Part shown: in pieces, positions 9,346-18,667 of the stretch
Layout of the letters: each line of letters opens with the position of its first letter
Position numbering within the stretch: position 1 is the stretch's first letter
The notes under the pieces: model-generated
Database searches by the model: none
Told to the model about the DNA's origin: nothing
What the model saw: the letters and a program-made list of their open reading frames with translations, nothing else
DNA from: Anaeromyxobacteraceae bacterium
Lineage (GTDB): Bacteria; Myxococcota; Myxococcia; Myxococcales; Anaeromyxobacteraceae
DNA: 64,000 nucleotides
Direction of reading: 5' to 3'
Assembly: GCA_047602405.1 (NCBI GenBank)
Contig: JASGHJ010000002.1
Span: 3,008,001-3,072,000 of the forward strand
Program-made: the position numbers and the translations under genes

Positions 9346-10301
9346 GGCTGCGCACCCGGCTCATCGTGGTGGTGGCGCTCGCGGCGACGCTGCCGGCGCT
9401 CCTCCTCGGCGGCCTCGTCGGCACCGCGCACGTGCCGGTGAAGGCCGCGACGCTCGTCGCGCTCGCGCTCGCGCTGGGCGTTTCGATCGTCCTCGCCTTC
9501 TGGGTCGCCCGCTCGGTCCTCGCGCCGATGCGCGAGGTCGTGACCGGCGCGCTCGAGATCGCCGGCGGCCGGTTCGGGCGGGAGGTGCCGCTGCGCGGCA
9601 AGGGCGAGCTCGCCGACCTCGCGTACGCGTTCAACCACATGTCGCGCGAGCTCGCGTCCTACGACGCCGAGAACCGCGAGCTCATCGCGAAGCTCGAGCG
9701 CGGCTACCTCGAGACCATCCGCGCGCTCGCCGGCGCGATCGACGCGAAGGACCCGTACACCCGCGGCCACTCCGACCGGGTGGCGGCGCTCTCGGTCGAG
9801 ATCGGCCTCGAGCTCGGGCTCGAGCCCGCGGTGCTGCGCACCCTCGAGATGGGCGGCATCCTCCACGACATCGGCAAGATCGGGATCCCCGACGTCGTCC
9901 TCGGCAAGCCCGGCACCCTCGACCCCGAGGAGACCGAGCTCATGCGCACGCACCCGCGCGTGGGCGCCGAGATCATCCAGGGCGTCGAGTTCCTGAAGCA
10001 CGCCCTCCCCTGCGTCCGGAACCACCACGAACGCTGGGACGGCGGCGGCTACCCGGACGGCCTCGCCCGCACCGACATCCCGCTCGTCGCCCGCATCGTC
10101 AACGCCGCCGACACCTGGGACGCCTGCACCACCGAGCGCCCCTACCAGCGCGCCATGGCGTCCGACGAGGTCTTCGAGATCCTCGCGCGCCTGCGCGGCA
10201 AGCAGATCGATCCCGAAGTCCACGACGCCCTCGTGCGCGTGCTCCGCCGGCGCGAGGACCATCCGACCCCGAGCCCGGCGACGCCGGCCTCGGCGGCGTA
10301 G
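9342..10301 (+). CDS. Membrane HAMP + HD-GYP phosphodiesterase
   Basis: Two TM helices, HAMP domain, KDPYTRGHS, LHDIGK and HHERWDGGGYP. Confidence 0.9.
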   Translation: MRLRTRLIVVVALAATLPALLLGGLVGTAHVPVKAATLVALALALGVSIVLAFWVARSVLAPMREVVTGALEIAGGRFGREVPLRGKGELADLAYAFNHMSRELASYDAENRELIAKLERGYLETIRALAGAIDAKDPYTRGHSDRVAALSVEIGLELGLEPAVLRTLEMGGILHDIGKIGIPDVVLGKPGTLDPEETELMRTHPRVGAEIIQGVEFLKHALPCVRNHHERWDGGGYPDGLARTDIPLVARIVNAADTWDACTTERPYQRAMASDEVFEILARLRGKQIDPEVHDALVRVLRRREDHPTPSPATPASAA

Positions 10302-10302
10302 C

Positions 10303-10352
10303 GTCCCTCGTCTCCGGGCCCGCTTCGCGGGCCCTACGCTCGGGACGAACGG
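10303..10352 (+). repeat. Dispersed REP-like hairpin element, copy 1
   Basis: GTCCCTCGTCTCC-GGGCCCGC-TTC-GCGGGCCC-TACGCTCGGGACGAACGG; flanks shared with copies at 37683 and 63955. Confidence 0.85.
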
Positions 10353-10374
10353 AGGGGCCGCGTATACTCAGTGG

Positions 10375-10791
10375 ATGCCCCACCTCGCGTTCGAGCTGAA
10401 CTTCACGCCGTCCGCCCAGGAGAAGCGCGCCTTCGCCGCGGAGGCGGTGCGGATCTTCGCGGAGGTCATGGACACCGGGACCGACCACGTGGCGGTCACG
10501 GTGCGGACGTACGCGCCGGAGGACCTCACGTTCGGGCGCGCGGCGGCGAGCGGCGGGCGGACCGCGTTCCTCGACCTCGACCTGAGGAAGGGGCGCACGC
10601 CCGAGCAGAAACGGCGGCTCTCGCTCGCGTACATCGACGCGCTCGCCTCGCGGTTCGGGGTCGCCCGGGAAGCGGTGTACGTGATCCTGACCGAGCACGA
10701 CGGCCCGGACTTCCAGCTGTCGGATCGGGTGCTCCCGTCCTGGAGCCCGGGCGAGGATCCGCTCCGCGATCCGCCGGCCGACGGGCCCTAG
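10375..10791 (+). CDS. Tautomerase-superfamily protein (tandem 4-OT-like)
   Basis: Met-Pro N-terminus; GRTPEQKRRL...VYVILTE motif. Confidence 0.75.
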   Translation: MPHLAFELNFTPSAQEKRAFAAEAVRIFAEVMDTGTDHVAVTVRTYAPEDLTFGRAAASGGRTAFLDLDLRKGRTPEQKRRLSLAYIDALASRFGVAREAVYVILTEHDGPDFQLSDRVLPSWSPGEDPLRDPPADGP

Positions 10792-11072
10792 CGCCGCGAC
10801 CGCTCGAGCCTGGCGACCTCGCGGCGCGCCACGAGCAGGCTCGTGCCGTGGATCTCGACGTAGAGCCGGGCCGCGAGCGCGCGCTCGCCGCGGGCGAGCT
10901 GGGCGTCGACGTCGGCCATGCTCGCCTCGCCCTCCGCCGGGAGCACGCCCTGCTCGCGCAGGCGGTCCAGCCGGCGCTCCTCGCGCTTCATCGCCGCCTC
11001 CAGGATCCAGACCGCGACCGCGATGAGCGCGATGCCCACGACGAACCCGATGATCGCTCCGACGAGGCCCAT
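10788..11072 (-). CDS. Small membrane-anchored hypothetical protein
   Basis: N-terminal TM helix MGLVGAIIGFVVGIALIAVAVW; C-terminal ARLYVEIHGTSL. Confidence 0.55.
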   Translation of the reverse strand: MGLVGAIIGFVVGIALIAVAVWILEAAMKREERRLDRLREQGVLPAEGEASMADVDAQLARGERALAARLYVEIHGTSLLVARREVARLERSRR

Positions 11073-11233
11073 GCGAACCCGGGAGGACACCACGGGGCCG
11101 CCCGGAAGAAAAGCTCGTTCCGGGAGCCGATGTAGGTGCCCCACAGGGAGGTCCCCGAGCCCTGCTTGAACCGGACTCCTCGTCCCTTCGCGGACTTGCG
11201 CCTTCGCGCCCATCGCGTAGGCTCGGGGGCTGA

Positions 11234-12871
11234 ATGGGGGTCCAACGCACCGCGGCGCTCCTCGCGCTCCTCCTCGCGGCGCCCGTCCGCGGCGACGATC
11301 CCGTCGCGCGCGCGTTCGATCCGGATCCCGTCCGCTCCGCCTTCTCGATCCACGGCGACCTCGCGGTCGAGACCGCCGGCGTCGCCGAGCCCGGCGACTG
11401 GTTCCTCGCCGCCCGGCTGCAGTGGGTCGAGGGGCTCCTCGCGCTGAAGCTCGGGCCGGAGAAGGACCAGCTCCTCTCCTCGCGGCTCCAGCTCTCCCTC
11501 GGCGGCAGCCGCTCGATCGCGCTGCCGCTCGTCGGCCGCGCCGAGGTCGGCGTCGACCTCCCCATCGCGCTCTGGCAGCGCTCCGACTTCTCGCTCCTGC
11601 GCGAGCAGGGCGTGACCGGCGCGCTGCTCGATCCCATCGCGGCGTTCGCCCTGGGCGACCTGCGGCTCGGCGGGAAGGTGCCGGTGCTCCGGGCCGAAGC
11701 GACGCGGCTCGGGCTCGGGATCGCGGCGGTCGCCGAGCTGCGCCTGCCCACGGGCAACAAGCAGGCGTTCACGGGCGACGGGCTCGCCTTCCTGCCGTCG
11801 GCCGTCGCCTCCCGCGCCTTCGGCAAGCTCCGGCTCGACCTGCAGGCCGGCTACCACGCCCGGCCGCAGGGCCAGTACGCGCAGCTGGTGGTTCACGACG
11901 GGTGGACGGGCGGCCTCGGCGCCTCCCTCGCGCTCCCGCCCACCGCGCGCGTGCAGCGCTGGGAGGGGCTCGCCGAGGTGACCGGCTTCTGGCCGCGCGG
12001 CCTCACCGACGCCGGGGCCCGCTACCGCGCGGCGCTCTCCGGCCGCCTCGGCGTGCGCGCGGAGCTCGGGCCGCACACCGACCTCGAGGCCGGCCTCGGC
12101 ACGGGGCTCGGCGGCGCGGGCTACGGCCGCGAATCCTGGCGGGCCTTCGTCGGGCTCCGCTTCCGCCCGCCGCCGCCCGGCTGGACGCCGCCCCCCGCGC
12201 CGACGCCCCCGCCCGCGCCGCCCGCGATGGGCCCGCCGCCCCCGCCGGTCTCGACCCAGGCCGCGCCGGTCGAGGGCTCCGACGACGATCACGACGGCGT
12301 GCTCGTGCCGCTCGACCTCTGCCCGAACGAGCCCGGCACGCTCGAGACCGACGGGTGCCCGGACCGCGACAAGGACGGGATCCCGGATCGCGAGGACAAG
12401 TGCCCCGACGAGCCCGGCCCGGCGGTGAACGACGGCTGCCCGGTCAACGAGGACGAGCCGCTCGTCGAGATCGAGACCCAGAAGCTCACGCTGCGCGACG
12501 CGATCCAGTTCGACTTCGGCAAGGACACCATCAAGCCCGAGTCCGACCGCATCCTGAACCAGATCGCGACCCTCCTCTCGCAGAACCCGGAGGTGAAGCA
12601 CATCCGGGTGGAGGGCCACACCGACAACGTCGGCTCGCGCAGCTACAACGTCGACCTCTCGCAGCGCCGCGCCGCCTCGGTCGTGAAGGCGCTCGTCGCC
12701 CGCGGCGTGAAGCGCGGCGTGCTCTACCCGAAGGGCTTCGGCTTCGACCGGCCGGTCGCCGACAACGCGACCGCGCTCGGGCGCGCGAAGAACCGCCGGG
12801 TCGAGTTCGTGGTCGTCGACGCGTCGTCCCCCGACGCCGCGCCGGCGGACGAGCCGGCCCCGAAGCCTTGA
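11234..12871 (+). CDS. OmpA-family outer-membrane protein: beta-barrel, Pro linker, TSP3-type repeats and OmpA_C (TraB-like architecture)
   Basis: Signal peptide; DxDxDG...CP repeats; IRVEGHTD, LSQRRA and NRRVEF. Confidence 0.9.
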   Translation: MGVQRTAALLALLLAAPVRGDDPVARAFDPDPVRSAFSIHGDLAVETAGVAEPGDWFLAARLQWVEGLLALKLGPEKDQLLSSRLQLSLGGSRSIALPLVGRAEVGVDLPIALWQRSDFSLLREQGVTGALLDPIAAFALGDLRLGGKVPVLRAEATRLGLGIAAVAELRLPTGNKQAFTGDGLAFLPSAVASRAFGKLRLDLQAGYHARPQGQYAQLVVHDGWTGGLGASLALPPTARVQRWEGLAEVTGFWPRGLTDAGARYRAALSGRLGVRAELGPHTDLEAGLGTGLGGAGYGRESWRAFVGLRFRPPPPGWTPPPAPTPPPAPPAMGPPPPPVSTQAAPVEGSDDDHDGVLVPLDLCPNEPGTLETDGCPDRDKDGIPDREDKCPDEPGPAVNDGCPVNEDEPLVEIETQKLTLRDAIQFDFGKDTIKPESDRILNQIATLLSQNPEVKHIRVEGHTDNVGSRSYNVDLSQRRAASVVKALVARGVKRGVLYPKGFGFDRPVADNATALGRAKNRRVEFVVVDASSPDAAPADEPAPKP

Positions 12872-12931
12872 AGAAGCTCAGCCTTGAAGAAGCTCAGCCT
12901 TGAAGAAGCTCAGCCTTGAAGAGCCTCAGCC
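12864..12931 (+). repeat. 16-bp tandem repeat AGCCTTGAAGAAGCTC (3 exact + 1 degenerate)
   Basis: Units at 12864, 12880, 12896 and 12912, spanning the OmpA-gene stop codon. Confidence 0.9.
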
Positions 12932-12948
12932 GCGAGGAAGCGCCCGCC

Positions 12949-13572
12949 GTGAAGAAGCTCACCGTCTTCGATCTCGACGGCACCCTCGTCGACTCGGCCG
13001 CCGACCTCCACGCGTCGGTGAACCACGCGCTCGCGGCGGTGGGCCTCCCGCTCCGCACGCTCGAGGAGGTCCGCGGGTTCGTGGGCGAGGGCGCGCGACG
13101 CCTGCTCGAGCGCGCGGTCGGCCCCCGCCTCGACCTCCTCGAGCCGGCGCTCGCCGCGTGGGAGGTGCACTACGCCGCGCACATGCTCGACCGGACCCGG
13201 CTCTACCCCGGGCTCGAGGACGAGCTCGCGCGGGCGGGGCGCACGCTCGCCATCCTCACCAACAAGCCGGGGCCGGCCGCCCGGCACATCGTCGAGGGGC
13301 TCGGGCTCGGCCCCCGGTTCGCGGCGGTGGTGGGCGGCGGCGAGGCGCCCCGCAAGCCCGACCCGGCCGGCCTGCTCGCGCTCATCGCGCGGCTGGGCAG
13401 CACGCCCGCGGGGACGGTGTTCGTCGGCGACAGCGTGGTCGACGTGCAGACCGCCAGGAACGCGCGGGTCCCGGTCGTCGCCGTGACGTGGGGCTTCGGC
13501 CGGCGCGAGGACCTCGCCGGCGCCGACGTCCTCGCCGATCGCGCCGCCGAGCTCGCGCCGTTCCTGCGCTGA
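12949..13572 (+). CDS. HAD-family phosphatase (phosphoglycolate phosphatase-like)
   Basis: FDLDGTLVDS, LTNK, RKPDP and VGDS motifs. Confidence 0.9.
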   Translation: MKKLTVFDLDGTLVDSAADLHASVNHALAAVGLPLRTLEEVRGFVGEGARRLLERAVGPRLDLLEPALAAWEVHYAAHMLDRTRLYPGLEDELARAGRTLAILTNKPGPAARHIVEGLGLGPRFAAVVGGGEAPRKPDPAGLLALIARLGSTPAGTVFVGDSVVDVQTARNARVPVVAVTWGFGRREDLAGADVLADRAAELAPFLR

Positions 13573-13650
13573 GCCGCGGGGCCGGGGCCGCCGCCCCCGC
13601 GCCGGGTCCGGAAAATGGCCCGCCTCCCCCTGGGGTGGTATCGCTCGTCC

Positions 13651-13983
13651 ATGTTCCGGCTCCTCCTGAAGCTCGCGCTCGCCGGCGCCTTCCTCTTCGC
13701 CCTCTGGACCTGGGTCCCGCTCGGAGGCCGCACGCTCGCCCAGCGCTGGCGCGCCGCCGCGACCCCCATGGACTTCGTCCGGGGCGGGCTCGCCGACGCC
13801 GGCGTGGGCGGCGACGCGGCCGAGCACGAGAAGCCGCGGACGTCGCCGCAGGCCCGCGCGGGCGGGAGGTCGCGGGTGGACGCCGCGTCGCGCGAGCGCG
13901 CCCCGGAGCGCGTCACCGAGGCCGAGCGCCGGGCGCTCGATCGCCGGCTCGCCGACGAGCTCGCGCGAGACGGCCAGAAGTAG
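13651..13983 (+). CDS. Hypothetical membrane-anchored protein
   Basis: N-terminal hydrophobic helix; GC3-rich codons. Confidence 0.6.
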   Translation: MFRLLLKLALAGAFLFALWTWVPLGGRTLAQRWRAAATPMDFVRGGLADAGVGGDAAEHEKPRTSPQARAGGRSRVDAASRERAPERVTEAERRALDRRLADELARDGQK

Positions 13984-14085
13984 CGAACACCGTACGGAGC
14001 CGGTCGCCCGCGCGCCTTGCCGGCGGGTGCGAGCCGTCCCCACCCTGTGATCCGGGGCCCGCGCACGCGGGCGGGGGGAGGACGG

Positions 14086-15186
14086 ATGGGGGCGTGGCTC
14101 CACGCGCTCGGGCTCGCGGCCGCGCTGGCGGCACCGCCCGACGCGCCGTTCTGGCGCGAGGCCGTTCCGCAGCCGGCGGCGATGGCGCCGCCCGCGGCGA
14201 CCGCCGGCGGCCTCCCCGAGCTCTCCCGCATCGCCCGGGAGGCGCTGCCCTCCGTGGTCGGCGTCACGACCACCCAGGGCCGCCCGCCCGGCGCCACCGA
14301 CGCGCAGCTCCGCGAGCTCCTCGACCGGCTCCACGACGGGCCGCGCAAGGGGGTCGGCTCGGGCTTCGTCATCCACCCGGACGGCTGGGTCCTCACGAAC
14401 GCGCACGTGGTCGAGGGCGCGGACCGGGTGGAGGTCGACGTCTCCGGCCGCACGCTCGAGGCGCGCGTGGTGGGCCTCGACTCCGAGTCGGACATCGCGC
14501 TCCTCAAGGTCGACCCCGACCGCCCGCTGCCCGCGCTCGTGCTCGCCGACTCCGACCGGCTCGCCATCGCCGACTGGGTGATGGTCATCGGCAGCCCCTT
14601 CGGGCTCGTCCGCTCCGTGACCTTCGGGATCGTGAGCCAGCTCGGGCGCAGCGACGTCTCGCCGGTGGGACGCCCGGGCTCCTACGAGTTCGTGCAGACC
14701 GACGCGTCGATCAACCCGGGCAACTCGGGCGGCCCGGTCCTCAACCTGCGCGGGGAGGTCGTCGCGATCGCGACGGCGGTGAACGCGACCGGCCAGGGCA
14801 TCGGCTTCGCGGTGCCGATCAACATGGCGAAGGCGGTCCTCGGGCAGCTGCGCGCGTCCGGGAAGGTGGTGCGCAGCTGGCTCGGCCTCGCCGTGAAGGC
14901 GCCGGAGCCCGAGGGCGAGGGGCTCGTGGTGACCGAGGTCGACGCCGCGGGCCCCGCCGCGGGCGCGGGGCTCAAGGTCGGCGACGTGATCACCGGCTTC
15001 CAGGGGCGCCCGGTCGCGACGCCGGCGCGGCTGCGCTGGTTCGTGTCGACCGCGGGCGTGGGGCGGGCGATCGAGCTGCGGGTGCGCCGGCCCGGGCAGC
15101 CGGACCGCACCGTGCGGGTCGGGCTCGTCGCGACGCCGTCGGGCGAGGAGGTCCGCGCGCAGGCACGCCAGGCCGCCGGGCCGTGA
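14086..15186 (+). CDS. HtrA/DegP-like serine protease with PDZ domain
   Basis: GSGFVI, LTNAHVV, DIALLK and TDASINPGNSGGP motifs. Confidence 0.92.
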   Translation: MGAWLHALGLAAALAAPPDAPFWREAVPQPAAMAPPAATAGGLPELSRIAREALPSVVGVTTTQGRPPGATDAQLRELLDRLHDGPRKGVGSGFVIHPDGWVLTNAHVVEGADRVEVDVSGRTLEARVVGLDSESDIALLKVDPDRPLPALVLADSDRLAIADWVMVIGSPFGLVRSVTFGIVSQLGRSDVSPVGRPGSYEFVQTDASINPGNSGGPVLNLRGEVVAIATAVNATGQGIGFAVPINMAKAVLGQLRASGKVVRSWLGLAVKAPEPEGEGLVVTEVDAAGPAAGAGLKVGDVITGFQGRPVATPARLRWFVSTAGVGRAIELRVRRPGQPDRTVRVGLVATPSGEEVRAQARQAAGP

Positions 15187-15223
15187 GCCGGGGCCGCGCG
15201 CGAGCGCGGGGTGGCGCGGTCCT

Positions 15224-15259
15224 CCGGGGGCGGCCGGCACGCGGCCGCTAGAGCACCGG
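15224..15259 (-). promoter_or_regulatory. Candidate bacterial SECIS element
   Basis: Minus strand: TGA CCGGTGCTCTA GCGGCCG CGTGC CGGCCGC CC CCGG. Upper stem begins 11 nt after UGA; loop has G then U at positions 2-3. Confidence 0.5.
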
Positions 15260-15743
15260 TCAATTCTCGACGACCGTGCTCCGGAGGAATCGGGTACCCA
15301 CTCGCGAGGCAGTCCGCCTCCGAGCGGAGCGTGTTCGGGGCGTAGTCGCGCGGGACCACCACGTAGTTGAAGAGCCAGAGCGGGCTGTACTTCTCCATGC
15401 CCGGCACCGAGTCGTAGATGTTGTACTGGCCCGGGACGCGCTCCGGCTCGCGCACCGGCTTCCCGTCCGGGCCGAGCTCCACCGCGTACACCACCTGGTA
15501 CTCCATCGCGACCTTGAGCCGCGCGGGATCGACGTCGAGCTCGCCCTGCTCGATCGCGTAGACGATCTTCCCCTCGAACCAGACCCGCTCGACCTCGAGC
15601 CGGTACGGGTTCGAGTAGGTCAGGGTCGAGGTGCCGTCCGCGCGGTAGGCCCCGGCCCGGGGCGCGGGGCCGGGCGTGCCGCCGTCGATCGACCAGACGC
15701 CCTCCTCCTCGCCCGGGGTGACGCCGCCATCGTGCTCGCTCAT
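15248..15743 (-). CDS. YSPLW-motif protein of unknown function (DUF7482-like); +1 frameshift at ~15288; candidate selenoprotein (TGA at 15262-15260)
   Basis: GQYNIYDSVPG..YSPLW..VPRDYAPNTLRSE. Removing one base at GAATC gives SGYPILRSTVVEN-TGA-PVL-TAG (495 nt, 165 codons). Confidence 0.65.
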
Positions 15744-15799
15744 GGCGGGCAATCTGGCCACCGGCCCGGGCCTTCACCACCCGCGGCGCGCCGGCCCGC

Positions 15800-17077
15800 T
15801 CAGGGGACGAAGTAGAACGACCGGCGGCGGACGAGCGCGGTCGTGACGAAGGCCTCCCCGTCGACGCCGTCGATGCGGGCCTCCACGAACGCGCTCGCCG
15901 CGCCGATGCCGGCCCAGGTCGTGTCGAGGTCGAGGAAGCGGACCTCCGCCGACTCGGTGATGGTGGCGTAGCCCGCGGGCGGCGCCTCGAAGCCGGCGAA
16001 CCAGGTGGTCGTCCCGGGCGACGCGCTCCACTCGAGCCGGAGCGGCCCCGCGGCGCTCACCGTCTCGAACTCGGCGGGCTTCTCGACGGAGAACTCGGCC
16101 GGCATCGTGAAGACCCGCCCGCGGGAGGTGTTCGCGGCGGTGACCGAGACGAGCACCTGCCCGCCGGGGCGGACGAGCGCGGTGTCGGCCTCCGACAGGC
16201 GGAAGGCGCCCCAGCCGGCGTCCCAGGGGATGCGCCGCCCGTTCACGCTCACGACGGCGTCGGGGTACGAGGAGACCGCGAGGCTCGTGACCCGCAGCTC
16301 CACCTGGAGCCGCGTGCCGTCGAGCGCGACGGTCCCGTCGTAGCCGAAGCCGGGGGGGCCGTCGGAGGGGAGCTCGCCGGAGAGGCCGCAGACCGGATCG
16401 AGGAGGAACGTGAGCCAGCCCGCGAGGCAGACGAAGGCGTCGTAGACCGGGCCGCCCTCGGTGAGCGAGAGCCGCACGCGCGTGTCGAGCGGGACGACCG
16501 CGGCGTCGTCGGCGCCCGCCGCCTTCACGAGGTTGAGCCCGGGCGAGAGGCCGGTCCCGGCCGGCTGCGCGCGGTCCACGTAGACGAGCGCGAAGGTCGA
16601 GGCCGGGTCGCCGAGCAGCGAGGACCCGATGATCCGGTCCACCGGCTTCCCGTACCGCGGGATGGGCGCGAGGCGCCGGTCGCCGTCGAGGTCCTGGTAG
16701 GCGAGCAGCACGCCGAACGCGCCGCGCCCGAGGAGCCCCTCGCCGAGCGGCGCGAGGGCGGCCGCGGGCGGCGGGCCGTAGAGCGGGAAGCGGAAGTCGA
16801 CCGGGAAGGTGCCCTCGGCCTCGACCTCCTCGGTGACGATCGCCGGGGGCGCGTCCGCCGCGGACGGATCCGCCGCGGCGAGCCACTGCGGGTACCAGGC
16901 GACCGCGAGGCGCACGGGCCCCTTCACGTCCACGCCGGGCGCCGGGACCATGCTGCCCGAGAGCGCGCCGAGCGGGACGCCGCGGTAGCTCGCGTCGACC
17001 AGCCGGTCGCCGCAGGCCGGGAGGAGGACGGCGAGCGCGAGGGCCAGGGTGAGGGGGTGGGACGCGCGGTTCTTCAT
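15800..17077 (-). CDS. Lipoprotein of unknown function
   Basis: Lipobox LPAC; AYQDLDGD EF-hand-like motif; last gene of the ECF operon. Confidence 0.75.
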   Translation of the reverse strand: MKNRASHPLTLALALAVLLPACGDRLVDASYRGVPLGALSGSMVPAPGVDVKGPVRLAVAWYPQWLAAADPSAADAPPAIVTEEVEAEGTFPVDFRFPLYGPPPAAALAPLGEGLLGRGAFGVLLAYQDLDGDRRLAPIPRYGKPVDRIIGSSLLGDPASTFALVYVDRAQPAGTGLSPGLNLVKAAGADDAAVVPLDTRVRLSLTEGGPVYDAFVCLAGWLTFLLDPVCGLSGELPSDGPPGFGYDGTVALDGTRLQVELRVTSLAVSSYPDAVVSVNGRRIPWDAGWGAFRLSEADTALVRPGGQVLVSVTAANTSRGRVFTMPAEFSVEKPAEFETVSAAGPLRLEWSASPGTTTWFAGFEAPPAGYATITESAEVRFLDLDTTWAGIGAASAFVEARIDGVDGEAFVTTALVRRRSFYFVP

Positions 17078-18667
17078 CTAGAGCCTCCACCCCAGCCCCG
17101 CGCGGACGCCGCGCGTCGCGGCGGCGCCGGCGTCGCGCTCGGTCGGCAGCGCCGTCCACATGAGCTCCCCCATGAACCACCCGAAGAGCGCTCCGGGCAG
17201 CGGGACCTCGAGGCCGGCGGTGAGCCCGGCGGAGAGTCCGAGCGCCCGCCGCAGCGGGAGCGGCCCCACGCCGAAGGTGTCCCGGATTTCCCGCTCCCGG
17301 GCCCGCACCGGCCGCTGCTCGACGCCGGCGACCTCGACCGCGAGCCCGAGGTGCGGCACGACCGGCCACTCGAGCCACCGGTACCCGGCCGCGAGGCCCA
17401 GGCCGAGCCGGCGCTCGTCGACCGTGAGCTCCACGCCCGGGTAGCTCGCCGCGCCGGCGCCGATCGTCGCGAGCGCCCACCACGGCCCCGCCGTGTGCCG
17501 GTAGCCGGCCGCGCCGGCCCACCGGGAGCCCGTGCCTGCGAGCGGCGAGGTCTGCACCGCCCCGAGCACGACGACCGCCGCGTTCCGCACCGAGAGGTAC
17601 CCGCCCTTCACGGCGACCTCCTGGTAGCGGCGCCAGGCGAGCTCCTGGTCGCGGACCTCGCGCTCGCCGCCGAAGGGCAGCTCGAGCTCGAGGAGCCCGG
17701 TGCTCGCGCCCGCGCGCTTGCGCACGAGGTACCGACCGGGCGGGACCGCGAGGCGGAGCGGCTTCCCGGCCGGCTTCTCGACCTCGGCGACGACGTCGGG
17801 CCTGGGCTGGCTCGCGACGACGTAGCGGCCCGAGAGCGCGGCCGGGAAGACGAGGGCGCTGTGCGCCTGGACGGGCTCGGTGAGGACGAGCTCGCCGCTC
17901 CCGGCGAGGTCGAACGCGAACGCCGGGTGCTGCCCGGCGCCGGCCGCGCCCGCGACCGTGCGCCGGTAGGCGTAGGCGTAGACCTCCGAGAGCGAGACCC
18001 GGCCGTCGCCCTCGACGTCGGCGTCGCCGCGCAGGCCGGTCAGGAGGTGGTGGGTGAAGAGCGAGCCCTTGAGCGAGTCCCACTCCTCGCTCGACTCGCC
18101 CGGCCCCGACGACGAGATGAAGACCTCGCCGCGGACCGGCAGCTGCTCGAGCGAGACCGCGAACTCCGGCCCCGGCCGCGCGCCCTTCCGCCGCGCGAGC
18201 GCGCCGGACTCGCACGCGTCCACGACGAGCACGGTGACGCGGGCCCCGGCGTCGCGCGCCGCCTCGCGGAGGTCGGCGAGGGCGAGCCGGCTGCCGCCCA
18301 GCCGGAGCACGCCGTCCTTCGCGTGCGACGAGACGTAGACGAACAGCACGGCGTCGTCGCCCGCCGCGCGGAGCTCCGAGATGCGGCCGGCGAGCTCGCT
18401 CAGGCGCTTTCGCACCTCCCCCGCCTCCCGGTCGAGCACCACGAGCGCCCGGTCCGGCCGGACGCCGCCGAGCTCGACCAGCACCTGCCGGACCCGCTGC
18501 GCGTCGTCGTCGGCGTAGGAGAGGACCGGGTCGTCGGGCTCGCCCACGTTCGCGCCGACCGCGAGCAGGAGCCGGTGCGTCGCCGCGCGGGCCGGGGCCG
18601 CCGCCCCCACGCCGGCGGCGACGAGGAGCGCGGCGAGGAGCGCGCGCGACGGGGAGGAGGAGCTCAC
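17078..18667 (-). CDS. Secreted caspase-like (peptidase C14) protein with C-terminal beta-barrel-like region
   Basis: Signal peptide; LSYADDDA, VYVSSHA (His), VVDACESG (Cys), SLFTHHLLTGLRGDAD..DGRVSLSEVYAY; ends GLGWRL. Confidence 0.85.
   Translation of the reverse strand: MSSSSPSRALLAALLVAAGVGAAAPARAATHRLLLAVGANVGEPDDPVLSYADDDAQRVRQVLVELGGVRPDRALVVLDREAGEVRKRLSELAGRISELRAAGDDAVLFVYVSSHAKDGVLRLGGSRLALADLREAARDAGARVTVLVVDACESGALARRKGARPGPEFAVSLEQLPVRGEVFISSSGPGESSEEWDSLKGSLFTHHLLTGLRGDADVEGDGRVSLSEVYAYAYRRTVAGAAGAGQHPAFAFDLAGSGELVLTEPVQAHSALVFPAALSGRYVVASQPRPDVVAEVEKPAGKPLRLAVPPGRYLVRKRAGASTGLLELELPFGGEREVRDQELAWRRYQEVAVKGGYLSVRNAAVVVLGAVQTSPLAGTGSRWAGAAGYRHTAGPWWALATIGAGAASYPGVELTVDERRLGLGLAAGYRWLEWPVVPHLGLAVEVAGVEQRPVRAREREIRDTFGVGPLPLRRALGLSAGLTAGLEVPLPGALFGWFMGELMWTALPTERDAGAAATRGVRAGLGWRL

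Noticed and set aside
11234..12871. traAB kin-recognition locus
   Set aside because: Architecture resembles TraB, but there is no traA-like gene upstream and such OmpA/TSP3 proteins are multi-copy in myxobacteria.
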